A stretch of DNA of 63,809 nucleotides, counting the filler, from Klebsormidium nitens (Eukaryota; Plantae; Klebsormidiophyceae): assembly GCA_000708835.1 (NCBI GenBank). It is 6 parts of 6 records of this genome, joined end to end, with 100 filler letters (N's around TTAATTAATTAA, not from the genome) between each part and the next. Parts side by side here need not be neighbours in the genome. Positions count along the whole stretch, not along the records: positions 21,558 to 39,965 come from DF237951.1; positions 40,066 to 47,548 come from DF238292.1; 4 more parts are not named here. The stretch is one strand, 5' to 3'. Positions 34,149 through 46,969 of this stretch are shown here, piece after piece. Position numbers and translations under genes: made by a program. The notes below the pieces were generated by a model that was not told the origin of the DNA, did no database searches, and was given only the letters and a program-made list of their open reading frames with translations. How positions within the stretch are numbered: position 1 is the stretch's first letter; each line of letters starts with the position of its first letter.

Positions 34149-37100
34149 CTACTTAGGGATAGCCGGATGGACGGCGGCACTTGTTGGTCTCTCGGCCTGC
34201 CTCACCAGAGCTTCTAGGACCTGCTCTGCTACTAACTTGTGGTTGCCCCCAAGATTGACCGGGGCAATCCGCTCCGGGTGCCTTACGTCCACGTGTTCAA
34301 GTTCGAACCAGCCCCCAGGGAAAGCCCCCTGACTGGGCAGGTAAATGAGGCAGGATGGCGGCTCTGCGCTCGCCTCCGGAATTTGTGTTGGACTGCTGAG
34401 AGGCCCTATGAGAAGGTTGTCATGTTGGGGGCTTGATGCAGTGGTTTTGAGCTCTCTCTGGTTTACGAGGCCTGCAAGGCACTCCCTTTTCGGTTTGTCG
34501 CTCGTTGTGCAGGATTTGACTGCTTTGTCGAGCCCCAACATGCCGCTATTACCTCGAGAGGAAGTCAAGTCACCTACTCCGTTTCCTAGGGACAGCAACC
34601 GACTGTCGAGAGCCTGTAACACGGCTGCTCTGGGGTCTGCTTGCCGGCAGGGGCCCCCACTTGACCGAGCTCCCGAAGCGAAGCTGTGGCACTGTGATGA
34701 CGGTGGCCGGAAAACCGAAAACAGGTCGGAAGGGGATTGAGCAGCCGCGATGACATTCCTGGAAGGTGGATAGACAGCCGAGTCAGCTGATGACAAGACC
34801 GGAAGAGGAGCCCATCCTGAGAAATCATTGACGGGGGCTCTGAAGCAGAAAGGGTTGACTACGGCCACATGAGAAGGCATCAGATTGTTCAAACGGGAAC
34901 ACGAGAGCCTCCAAGTCCTTAAGCAGGATTCGAAACCCAGGCCTTGCTATAGCGGCAATTGATCATTAAGTGCAAAGACTCGATGCAGAAGAGCCTTAGA
35001 ATGCCAGGTCTTGTCCTATAACGTCACCGCCCACTCGCAGCAATACTTCCCCGCCCTGTCGCCGCAATCTCAGCATGTTCGCCTAGGGCGCGGCTCACCT
35101 GTGCAATCGCATGTGTCCTCCCAGGGCCTGGGGGTACGCAAAGTGCGCCCCACACAGGTTGCACCCGTACGGCCTCCGTCTCCCCTCTAGCAGATCATTC
35201 TGCGGGTTCTGCCAGAGGCCAGTAGGCCGGTCGGCCGACTGGTCCCGCAGGCTGACTGGCTCGTCAAGCAGCGAGAGGTCTGCGAACGACAGCGAACACG
35301 GTCAGGTCGACCACAGGTCCCCCAGTTCGAGACCCTAGAAAGGCAGCTACAAACGAGTCTGGGCCCGAGTCGACCGCAGATTCTGTCCAACTCGAGTCAC
35401 GTTGTGAGACTTGTCGGAATTATGTGGCAGGTTTGGTACCCAGACGGCATGAAGCATCCATCTGTCCAAGCCGTGTCTGACTTTTCCGAGAGCGTTTATA
35501 CCGGGAGCGACCTCAGATACACACCTGAGCAAGCACTCACTGTCAGACCTCCATCCTGCGACTCCTGCCTCCTTATCTTATAAGCATGCACCTTCAACGG
35601 CACTGCTGAGTACTGATTTGAGAATCAAGGGCCAACTATCCAAAAATTGAGCATGGTTTCCTCAGTTGGCAGAAATCAAGGAAGTCGTATTCTTGACGAC
35701 TAAAGACCCTCGAAAATCTAAGTGACGCCACTTTCATTACACAAAATGCAAGCCTTGTCGAGTGCCCGTCGCTGACAGTCTCCTACGCAGTTTAGATTCC
35801 GGTTCCAATCTGTGAGAATTCCAAAATAAAGGCTTACGAAAATGCAGGGCCCAGTCGACAGGCCCCTCAAAGTGCAATTGCCATACTCAGAAGCAATCAA
35901 TCAACGCTCCAGTTTTGCTGCATTGCTCTTCCGAACGCCTTGGAGACAGGCCTACCCATGAGGACAATCAATGGCATAGTCAGCTCACATCCTGACGAGC
36001 AAAGCCAGAGTTCCACGCTTTCCGCTTCACCGGATTCTCTGAAGCCCCACAATTCCTTTGCCCCAGACACGTAACCGGCCCCTCTGCTCGGTAGCCTCCA
36101 CGCAGGCGGTCACCTTTGAAGTTGCCTACCCGCTCAGCTGCGCCCTGCTGCCCTGCAGCATCATTGAGCGCCAACCTGTTTCCCGTTTCTACAGGGGTCT
36201 CGTCACCCTCTCCTCTGCTCCCTGGCATTCCCTCCTCCGCCGAACTGGCAGTGGCCCCTTTCTGCAAAGCATGCTTGGCTGCGCCCCTTCTTGCTTCCTC
36301 TTTTCCCGTCTTGGCAGCCCCAGCAGGATTCCTCTCCGCCTTCCTTGGTCATGGCACCCCAGTCAACTTTGCTGCATTGGCACCCCCAGAAATATGCTCG
36401 AGATCATCATTGTTCTCTCTCCCCACTGGCCCCTCCCCATTGGGTCCTGACTTGTCTTCCCGCTCTTGGTTTTGATTGGTTCTGTCCTGATTCTCTCTGC
36501 CAGGCTCGCTTGCCCCCTTCCTTTTCAGGGGTGCGTCTGTTGGGCCTGCCACTTCACCTCGCTCGTCTAAGGGACTTTCCGGCTCTCCTTTTGAACGACT
36601 TTGGCTTGGCCCACCACCCCCAATAGCGCGTATACCTCCCCCCCTGTGAACGTCCAGCTTGTGCGTGCTCTCCTCCTCTTGCGGCAGCTTCTCTAGGTCA
36701 ACTTCAGAGAACGGCCTCAGTTCGGCACTTTGCAAGCACCCAGGCTGGGCCACCTCGATTCCCCCATGTACTGAGCTGGCAGTCCCTGCTTGTGGGTCTG
36801 ACTGACATCAGGCGTGGCATTGCTGAATGTCCTTGCTGGGCCCTCCCTGGCCCAGCAGAGCCACCCATCCAAACAGTCTGGCTGCGTTCTCCTGTTCTCA
36901 GCAGGGGCTGGCTTATCTGCACGACCGGTACCACTTTGTGGTGGAAGTGGCCTGACTCAGGGCGCTGCGGCTCAGTCAAGACCCGCTGCCGCAAGTATGT
37001 CATGAGAAGAGCACGGTCCGGCCAGGCTCCAAGGAGCATACTCTGCGGGAGCTGGCTTGCAATCTCCCACCTGGGGTGGCTGATCGTCTCCGCAGGAACT

Positions 37101-37604
37101 GGGGCAGGGACACTCGCATGTGGCAAGGGTGCACGAGGGTGAGCTAAAGAATGGCGTTGGATAGCTGGAGCGACCAATGCCTGACTGGCTGCCTGCTCCT
37201 TGAAGAAGCCAAGTCTTAGAGAGTGCAACATTGGTGTATTGAGCCCCATCTGGCTTGCGCTTTTGGACTCAACCAAGTCCGAGAGGTACAGCTCTGTGTA
37301 TGCAGCATGCGTTCTCACAACTTCTGCTTGCTGAGGGACCTGGGCCCAATGTGTATTTTCTTCGAGCTCGCTTCGAAGGATGCTCTGATGCTGCTTGCTC
37401 CCCATACGAATCCCTTGTCTCGAGCACGTGCACTACTGCGTCAGAAGCTGAGCTCGTTTGAGTTGCCTGCTCTTTGGCCAGCTTGGAGTCTGAGCTCTTG
37501 CACCTTCCTGGAACCTTTTCATCATCACTTTCAAAGTTCCACCATGGCCGTTTGCTGCCATATTGTTTAGGGCCCATGGGGCCCCTGGTTGCATTGCGGC
37601 ACAC
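34149..37604 (-). pseudogene. Q-type (QALGGH) C2H2 zinc-finger gene, apparently pseudogenised
   Basis: Exon 35279-35099 encodes RRPYGCNLCGAHFAYPQALGGHMRLHR and splices in phase (AG|gtgag ... cag|A) to exon 34839-34149. The upstream low-complexity ORFs 36349-36753 and 35980-36267 share a frame, separated by a TGA at 36349-36351, and there are further frameshifts upstream. The 5' structure is unresolved. Confidence 0.65.
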
Positions 37605-38939
37605 CGCAACCTGCTCCAGCTGCTGCAGCGCTTTTTCCCAGAGCTGAGATCTGTTTTTTCCTTGATAAAATCCTTAGCTTCGGTACTGAATCCGGAATGT
37701 AGCAGTCTGCGACTTCCAAGTGCCGAGCTGATCGGATATCTGATATCTGGTCAGCTAGCATGGGCCTGTGCCCAATGCAAGGGTTCTGGTGGTTCTCTGG
37801 CTCTCTCCAGATTCGAAAATCACACTCCAGTATCCAATCGGTGCTGAGGTGGCCATGTTGCATGCCTTGAAAAGGGACTTTGCATGCGAAGGACCCAGAG
37901 ATTACATGAACCTGTCCAATCAGGAAGTGCATAGAAGATTTCAGAACATTTCCGCGGCTCGCAACAGGCGAACGTGGAATAGTTCATGAGTTTTCGCTCA
38001 TTTTAGAACTAACCGGAACAGCCAATGGCGCGCAGCCTTTGATCCGGCCAACTTTCGCCGAGCTGGCAATAAAAACCAACTCCCAAGGGTTCAGTTGCTC
38101 ATAATTGGAGGAGAGGAGCACGCTAGCGAGAGTTACTCTCCAGATTGTGCAAATGATGCTCATTGGCGGCTAGAGCCCTACTTAGTGGGCTTGAAACAGG
38201 GGTAAAAGCACATACACTTGAAAGTTTCTTTTCTGGTTGCGGTGACTGCAAGGGCTGCACACAATATGAATTATGAACCAGCTGTTGTGGAGAAGCTTAG
38301 CTTGACAATCTGAGCTGGACACATATTTGCCATTGGGGATACGCCTGATCTTGGGGCTGAGATGAAGCAGATAACCGTCTCACATGGAGACGCCATCACT
38401 AGCCCGCAGACTGCATCGACCTCATCACCGTCCAACTTGAAAACAGATGAGGTCAGTTAAGGAGGCACCTTGCTGCATCTGTGCGGAGGCTTAACAGTTG
38501 GAACACGCATATTTGATCCACCAACCTTGAATCAGGTTTGCATGTCCTCTGGTTCAATGCAAATCAGACTGTTTGTGAAAGGAGCATGGCTTTGAAGGAT
38601 CAATGTAGTAAGTTGGCTTGCTGGTGGTCTTAGACTGCGTTGTCCTGTTAAGCTCCAATCAATGGGTTTTTTGTTGGTGGGACTTGTTTAATTCTTGAGG
38701 CCTTTGTTTGTAGCAGCTCAACTCTTGATGTGCCAATGATGATGAGAGTTACCTGCTATGAGTGACCTTTCTTCAGTTGACTTGCTTTTGCAAGATGCAA
38801 CTATTCAATGACAAAGACAACCCATTGGAAATAGAGTGGGCACAAACATAACACCGGTGATACAAAACATGCTGACGTCAGCATCCAGAACATTTGTGAA
38901 GATCCAAGTCATATGTCACCATTTGAACGCCTAGAAACG

Positions 38940-39760
38940 TCTATGCATGCATGCAGACTGCCAACTGCGCACTGCGCAGAAACTACCGTAATCGCACTCC
39001 ACCAATCTCCCAGTTCAATCTCAGGAAGACCATTGTGTGTCGGGGAAGCGCTGCGGGCCCCTTGATGGGGAATGCAACAGGCAAGGACGCTTGGGGAAGG
39101 ACGACAGGTCGCTGGAGAGCCTAGTAGAGCTGCCTAGGTTTGCCGTTGCTCCTTCCAATCCTGGAGAGCATCTTCCAATCTGCCCTCCGACTGCATGCAG
39201 GTGGTACCGCGGGTGCTTGAAGAGGGGAAACGTAAGGGCACTTGGCGAATGATAATCGGATGTTGGTGAACCATATGAGCTGAGACGCAGATTGCTGATG
39301 CCGAGCACCTAGAACATTCATAAAGTATCCACGGTATACTGTACACGTGTCACCCGGCTCTAGCAACGTCCATGCATGCATATGTGCAGACTGCGGACTG
39401 CCGACTGCCAACTGCGAAGCGCACATTGCAGACTGCAGTCTGCAGACTGGAAGGCGGCGTAGTTCATATCCCATCCTCCAGTTCATTTCTAGACAGACCA
39501 TTGCGAGTTGGGAGAAAGCCACGGGCGTCAACGAAAGGGGATGCAAGGGTGCTTGGGGAAGGATGACAGTGATTCTGGTGAGTCTGTTAAGGTTTGCCAT
39601 TGCTCCTCTCCTGCTTGATAGGAGCATCAGGATGCTGATGGCTGCCTTTTGGGAGGTGATTGAGCGTGCATGTTTACATAGTTTTCAAGGTTGCTGGAGA
39701 AAGGATGACAGGATGCTGGTGAGCTAGTCTTAGGAACAGCTGGCAAGGGGGCTGCTGCAG
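38940..39760. repeat. Old tandem duplication (~450-bp unit) with ACTGC microrepeats
   Basis: CATGCATGCA...GACTGC, CCAGTTCA...AGACCATTG, GCTTGGGGAAGGA.GACAG and GGTTTGCC.TTGCTCC each occur twice in the same order (~38940-39170 and ~39370-39630). Confidence 0.6.
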
Positions 39761-40242
39761 CTGAAGTCAGTGGTGAAGATGCATGCTGTAACGGCACGAC
39801 TGCGCACCGACTCCCGGCTGCGCGCCAAACTCGCGGCCGCGCATCGTCCGTTATTATACGCTATCGACTTATTGAATCACTACACGCCACGTGTCCAGGT
39901 TACTGCTTCACCGCGTGACCGTCCGATAAGACCCACGTGCACCGCGCGCCTCGGGAACCGTCCGANNNNNNNNNNNNNNNNNNNNNNNNNNNNNNNNNNN
40001 NNNNNNNNNTTAATTAATTAANNNNNNNNNNNNNNNNNNNNNNNNNNNNNNNNNNNNNNNNNNNNTGAACAGCCTATCAGTCTAGTGGACACGTATGCCC
40101 AACAGCCCTCACAGCGGCTGCGAAACGTCACCTTCATATGTGTGCTTTCATACACCAGATAGCCGGAAGAACCTCAAAGCTGCACTGCACGAAAGACGGC
40201 CTTCACAAAGTCTAATTGAGTAACGAGGCTGTTCAAGAGGCC

Positions 40243-43200
40243 ATGACACCTTCACAAGAGGCAGTGATGGTTGTTACAGAGCCTCTCACACGAGCCCAGA
40301 TGGCGGAACTTTCCTACAGTGCCCAGTTCGACATACTCCTCCCCCAGCCAGACCTCATCCCCTGGGACCGCAAGAAAGCCGTGCCCAAGCCCTCCTTGCT
40401 CGCACAGGTAAGTGGGCGGCTCCCATCTAGATGAGGGCAGCACCATTTTCGTGCCTGCAATGCAAACCAGAAATGCGGTGGCCTAGCCAGGCCAGAAACT
40501 TGAAGCCGTCTCGGATGTTTAGCAGTGGAAAGGCAGCAGATGTTGATGCGGGTGGCGTTCTTGGCGTCTGCTGCTCAGGATCGGATTGCTTCTGGAGCGC
40601 TCCTGGCACGAGAATTAAGTAAAAGGCCGCTCACAATCTGATAAGGGATGTTTATTGTGCAGCTCAGATAATCCAAAGTTGATTGCTGAAGCAGGGGAGG
40701 CCATCAGGGCTCCTAGAGTTAGTTCGTCATGCAAGAAAGCCTCACTTTTGTAATCTGCTTGGTCTGTGCTTTAAGGTCGGGATTTCAGGTTTTTGACTTG
40801 ATATTTGATACCAGGGAAACCTTAGCAGAATTGGAGTGCAAAGGCATGTCTCTAGCACATCCAATTACGGGCTTTCAGTGGCTAGTCTTTTTGTGTGAAC
40901 TGGAAGCAGAAATGGAGGCTGACAGTCCATTGTCATTAGTTAGGACGAAGAACGGTCCACCTTTGCTTAACCAACTGATGCGGCAGAAGAGTTAAGCAAG
41001 TTAAGGTTTGAAGGCAACAAAACATTTTGCAAAGATGATGCCGCTCATTGCCAAGTCTCTTCAAATGCTGAGCTCTTTCTGATCTTTCTTTGATCTTTCT
41101 TCAAGACAGGAAGCAGTAGACAGGGCCTCTAAGCATCCACCCATAGAGGACTTTGACTATTTATGGCAATCTGAAAGGCGTGGTTTACCAGCAACTGACA
41201 GTATAGGTTTTGAAATCATCGTTGGAAGCAAAGTAACTCTGGAAGCGATCATCTTGCCTAATCCACTCATCTTGCCACTGATTTAATTCTCGTCAGGATA
41301 AAGATCCTTACTGCGAGCTGGCCCCTTACACGTGCCACCTGCAAGCGCAAGTCAAGCCCCAGAGGTTTGCCCCCGAATCCGACATGTTGCCCTAAGTGCA
41401 TCTAACTTATTCGCCAGGCAATCTGAGCTGTTTCCTGCTGTTTTCAATCAGGAAGTAGAAGCTGAGGCCTACCGTCTCACAGCATCCACGACATTTGCCA
41501 CCCAAAAGCGCAACTGGTTCAGCAACCGCATCTGGGGCGTCAAAGATATGGGCACCGCACTCCTCTTCATTGGGATGCACTTAGCCTGTCTGGCAGCCCC
41601 TTTTACATTCTCGTGGCAGTGTGTCATTTTCTGGTATGTCACCTATTGCATCACCGGGTGCTTTGGGATCGCCATGAGCTTCCACCGCCAGTTGAGCCAT
41701 CACTCCTTTACAACGTCCAAGTGGTTGGAGTACTTCTTTGCGTACTGCGGCGTGATGACGTTTGAGGTAAGGACCACTTTCGATTCTTTTCTATTTTCCA
41801 TGTCGTTCCGCTTTTGATCGGGTCCGACTTTCGCATCATGGGCTTTCTCCATCTGCTGAGCTATAACTTCCAATGCCTAAGCATCTGGGTATTTCTTTTC
41901 CCTTCGTGTTTTCACTAACAACAGTCCTTGGGTCTTCGCTGATTGGCTACTCTTGGGAAGCAGGGCCGGAAGCAGACTACCTGAACAATGCAGGTCGGCT
42001 GTGACCCTCTAGAGTTGAGCATATTTTTGAGTCTGATAAGAGATTGAAGAAGTTCCAGTAAAATTGAGGGGAAACTATCTCGCAACTGACAAAGGCTCTT
42101 TGTATTGCAGGGCAAACCGACATTCTGGGTCTCAAGCCATCGTTTTCACCACCTCCAAACAGACACCCCGCTTGACCCCCATTCACCTGCAGAGGGCTTT
42201 TGGTGGTCGCACATGGGCTGGGTCATGGACAAGTTGGTGAGTGTTACAATTTGAGATGTGTACTCATTGATGTGCGTTCTTTATAGGCATTATGGTGATT
42301 TGTGAGTTATTAGGTTGACTCGAATTGCCAGGGATGCCTGCGAATTGGGTTTCGTAAGTGTGTGTTCAGAGTTAGGCTCATGGGTATAAGATACTGTAGA
42401 AAGGAATTGCTGGTGTTGCTGAAGTCATACTCTGTTTTGCTAGCAGTTTCGAAAGTTGATTGGCACTCATAATGATCAATTATCTGCAAACTTTGGTTAA
42501 AGTGGTAATTCCGATTCGTGAAGAGACCGCGTGATGCTTCCCACAAGACTTTATGTAAGGGTAACAGGGGAAGCCTTGCGTTTTCGATAGTTTTGTTGAT
42601 CATCGTACTTGGGAGAGACGGACAATCAAAGTGGCTGCAGACCTAACTACCCAAGCCACTTTGCAGGAAGTGTGCAGTAAAATCGCTTTCTTGATTGAAC
42701 CCCGAGCATAGAGCCCCTTTGTAGAGTGTATGGCATGGATTCGTTCTGAACAAAATCATCCAGCAACCAGATACACGACCTTTGGGTAAAGGGCAATCTC
42801 TGTAAGCCCAGACTCGCAGCAGAGCGAGTCTTCAAGCTGGTTGTCTTCTCTGTGATTGCATAGTATAATTATCAGTGGGTTCTCAAAAGATACGGATAGC
42901 CTCCAGCCTATTGCAGAAATCCAGTAAATGAACTTTTGATGAAGAACAAGTCTTTCAATGGAGACGATCACAGTTACAGCTCCCGTCCGACTTGCAGAAA
43001 TTCGGCATAAAAAGACTTCTGACGAAGAACACTTTTCCTTTGGAAATGGAGAATCCGCGTTTATTTCAAACTTAGCCACGAGCATGTGGACAGCCTTGTG
43101 GCAGCATGTTCATCCAACTCTACCAGCGCCTACAGTCTCTGCATTCATTTGTCTCGTGAACAGCGATTCAACAAGATCGTTTTTCTACTTTGTTCCTGCT

Positions 43201-45237
43201 TTGCAGAGCAAGGATCACCGGGCTGGATGTGTGGTGGAGAACAACGTGGACGACATGCGTTCGCAGCGCTTCTATCAGCACATGGAAGATTGGTACTGGG
43301 CGCACGTCTGGGGCTCCTTCCTGCTGCTTTACGTGGTAAGAATATTCTCAACCTAAGCCGTTTCATATCTGAAACCAAGCTGCGTGCTCATTCAAAGAAA
43401 CGCTCATTCAAGCGATTTTTGTGCCGTATCGTCCCCTGGAAGCGTGTGTGAGATCCGTCAGGATCTCACGAAATTTCCTTCATCCGACCTTTTCCTCTAT
43501 TGTCTGTGGGAAGGCAGACGCATGCTTGAGAAGCAAGGGCCAACGTTCAAGGTCCGATGTGAGTGTGAGAGTTCTGTGACGGTGTTGCTGAAACGAGATT
43601 AGACAGTCAATCGTCAAAGCCTTCGATTAAGCATCCTCTCATTCTGTGTATCTAGTCTATGCAACATTTTATGCAATTGCAGATGTCGGTCAGACAATTG
43701 CTCGGTGATTGTGTGCTTCAGATGTGTTGCAGGCAACTCGAATGATCCTTTCTGCAAAACGATGACGTGTGACGAAATGCCTGATTCAAGTGGGGGCTGT
43801 TGGCTTCTGATATGAGATCCCTGTAGGTAATGCTGGTGAACAGCGTCCCTTACCTACAAGGCGATGTTCCCTACAGTAGAACGGAAATCTGTGTGGATGC
43901 TGGGGCTTCACGACTTTTCTGCTTATGGCATGGCACTTCTTCTTTCAACCTACTGTTCATTCTTGCACTCCTTCTCTCAGCGTAAAGTGTAGAACTTGAG
44001 GGAAGCTTTTGATCTTCTGCAGGTGGGCAACTGGATGGTACCCGTCTGGGTCAACTTATCGAGCTTCCCAGACGTCTTGTTTTAGAAAACCTGCCTCGTT
44101 GTTTAGAGATTCTCGCGCAGCCCTGCGAGTGCCTCCTTTTTGGAAAACGCCTCACGGTCTATAAGATTCTGATCAACCAGAGTGATCGTCAGGGGAGGGA
44201 TTGGAGCCTCGACCTGTTTTGCTGGTCGGTGGCTGGCCGGCATCACCGAGTTCCGCCTCTTGACCTTTGCAAGCCTCCCTTTTTTTGTTGGTAAAATGTC
44301 TATTGGTAGACAAGGTCTTGCTTCTAATTTAAAGTGAAGACATGAAAGATTCGATCGGTTCTTCACAGATCGGTGGCTGGCCGGCACTCATATGGGGCGG
44401 TCCGCTGCGGGTTGTGTCCGTGTGGCACGGCACCTTTTCTGTCAATAGCGCGTCGCACATCTGGGGTAGCCAGCCATACAAGACAGGAGATTTGTCCCGC
44501 AACCTGTGGTGAGCTTTTCTTACCTATACGAATTGCTTCTTGGATGTATATATTGCAGTGGCATACGATCCTGCAGATCAAGTCTTCTTTTGGAAGGGAT
44601 ACAACATCTTCCGAACAGCAAGGGGTCGAGTTCGGGGCAGCTTGGCATACACAAATGGAAACTCATCCTGCAACCTCGCTTACAATCCGGTGACTGTACA
44701 CAGTCACTGCGACCAATTGATCGACTGGGTTGGTTCAGCAATGTTAAAAGCTTCGCTACCTGTTTCATCAATCAGGCCGTCAAAACGGAGGTGCAGCCAT
44801 CTTTGACAATTCGTTTTCTGCCAGACAGCACGCTGCGCTTCCAGCTGATATAATATACAAAAGTTGGGGGCGAGCAGTTGTTTAAGGTTGAATTTACCAC
44901 TTTCTCGCCTTTGCAAAACCCACTTTTTGCCCACACATCGGTCTGTTCTACCTGTCTCTTCCTCAGAAGCCTGAATGCAACGTGACATTGAGACGGTTGT
45001 ACTATTCTACATCTGCTTTTTCTGGTCTGCAGGTGGGTGGCGGTTGTCTCCTTCGGCGAATGGCACAACAATCACCATGCCTTTGGCTTCTCTGCACGCC
45101 ATGGTTTGGAGTGGTGGGAGTTCGACGTGTCTTGGTATATCATCAGATTGCTTCAGAAGGTGGGGCTTGCTTGGGATGTCCATACACCAACACCCAAGCA
45201 AGTAGAATACCAAAGTGTAAAAGCAAAGAGTCGGTGA
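40243..45237 (+). CDS. ADS: Acyl-lipid / acyl-CoA desaturase, ADS/FAD5 (delta-9/delta-7) family, ~359 aa
   Basis: Exons are 40243-40407 (start inferred; upstream exons could lie across the gap), 41452-41766, 42111-42236, 43207-43335, 44369-44508 and 45033-45237, all in phase. His boxes: HRQLSH, HRFHH and HNNHH. Further motifs: DPHSP.EGFWWSHMGW, VNSASHIWG...TGDLSRN, SARHGLEWWEFD. Confidence 0.9.
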
Positions 45238-46088
45238 AGTGTTTCAATGTGGGACCCCCTTTCCCCCCCTCCCTCCCCCACGTCAGGTTATAAGTTTAGT
45301 TATACTTATACCATGGTTATACCGTCGAAAGAGCATAAATTTAGTATATATGGCAAATATCGAACCAAAGCAATGCAACTTACGTGATTCGAGAAGCTGT
45401 TGGCTGCGCGCAAGCAGCCGGACAGAAGCGCACTAGGAGTAATGAATACACGATTTTTGGAGTACATGCGGGATCAGAAGCGTGCGCCAGTCATGCCTGA
45501 TTATCTAAAGCTATTCGGGTCGGCTGAGGACCGCAGCGCTATCTCAGTACCCTTGACAAGGAGAGTAGCAAGCAAAAGGTCCCATTGTCACATAGCAAGA
45601 TGAACGAGTGGCGCAGGGAGATGCGCGTGATAAAACATCAGAGGCCTCTCAAGGCTGCACGTTCCATGTGACTACACATGTTAGCATCAGGTCGACTAGT
45701 GGCACTAGTGTTTTGGATGCATATGCAGCCCAGCGGAGATGGTCCACGAATTGATTCATCAACGTCACCCGTCCTGTTGATCGGAGATCCCTCAGAGATC
45801 ATGTCTGTGGTATGTGACAGTACTTCGTCCAATATCAGCTCCTTGTATGCACTACATTTGTATATCATTGCAATGGTGTGGCGCGGGGCATGTATGATGG
45901 ACGTCTTTCTGATTGCATTCATCGTGGTGCTTACATACAGTCTGTTCAGAGTAAAATGGCGTTGGATGCGAGTGACTGCCCTTGACCAAGAGAGATACAT
46001 TTGCAAATATGTCTGAGCAGATTGCATGGTGAAGACGTTGTGATGGACACACAGCACACCGAGCATTTGTCACAGCCAGAATGTGTGA

Positions 46089-46256
46089 TCAGTTTTAGGG
46101 TTTGCTGCTGCTTGTTACTATATGTGGACAGTTTCAGGGTTGATCTGCTGCATGTTGAGATATGTGGTCAGTGTAGTCAGCTTTACGGTTTCCTGCTGCT
46201 TGTTGTTATATGTGGTCAGCTTTAGGGTTTCTCGCTGCTTGTTGCTAAATGTGGTC
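46089..46256. repeat. ~40-bp minisatellite (about 4 units) containing TTTAGGG-like motifs
   Basis: Units resemble CAG(C/T)TTTAGGGTTT..GCTGCTTGTT..TATATGTGGT. Confidence 0.7.
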
Positions 46257-46969
46257 TACCCACACTCAGAATGACTCTATACAGCATATAGCATCAGGTC
46301 GATCAGTTGGATGATGGTAAACCAAAGCCCATCATACCCACACTCAGAATGACTCTATTGGTCCATGTTCGATATTTCAAAGGGGAACCATCAGTACTTT
46401 CTACATTAATTGCAACTTTTTAATTATCTTCAATCTCTTCGAGAATAAAACGAAATTTTTGATCTTTTTCAATTCTTACAGCATATAGCATCAGGTCGAC
46501 TAGTGGCACTAGTGTTTTGGATGCATATACTATCAGCTTCATGATGCATGACCTACCGGTGCAGTTTAGAGATGAAGACTTGGCTATGGATACAGCACAC
46601 CAGGAGTTTGTCAACGCTAAAAATGCATGGGAGTTCAGCAATATGTCAAGCGAAGAGAGATTTGGAGAGAAACATGGGCTCGTAGGAAAGCCAGGCTGGT
46701 TGGCACATGATCAAACCTACATTGCCTTTATTTGTGAGCCATGCGTTTTAAAATTTGTGAATACGAAGTCAACAACACACCTTGGAAGGCTGAGGCTTGC
46801 TCAATATACACCGCTTTGAGTACATAACCAGTTACAAAATGTTGATTGTATCTTCTGACATATTTGTCCAGTTTGCCAATCTGGAAATGGTGACCTTTGT
46901 ACCAAACCTAAGCATACATGACTACAACGTAAGGTCCAAAAAGCTGACTAGATCCAAAAGCTAATCTAA

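Noticed and set aside
37700-37850. Plus-strand peptide LIGYLISGQLAWACAQCKGSGGSLALSRFENH resembling a TDBD/SAND-like zinc module
   Set aside because: Short, with no supporting exon structure. The opposite strand is equally coding-like and continuous with the zinc-finger pseudogene, so the match may be chance.
46092-46230. Interstitial telomere
   Set aside because: Only single TTTAGGG motifs within a 40-bp minisatellite, not tandem telomeric repeats.
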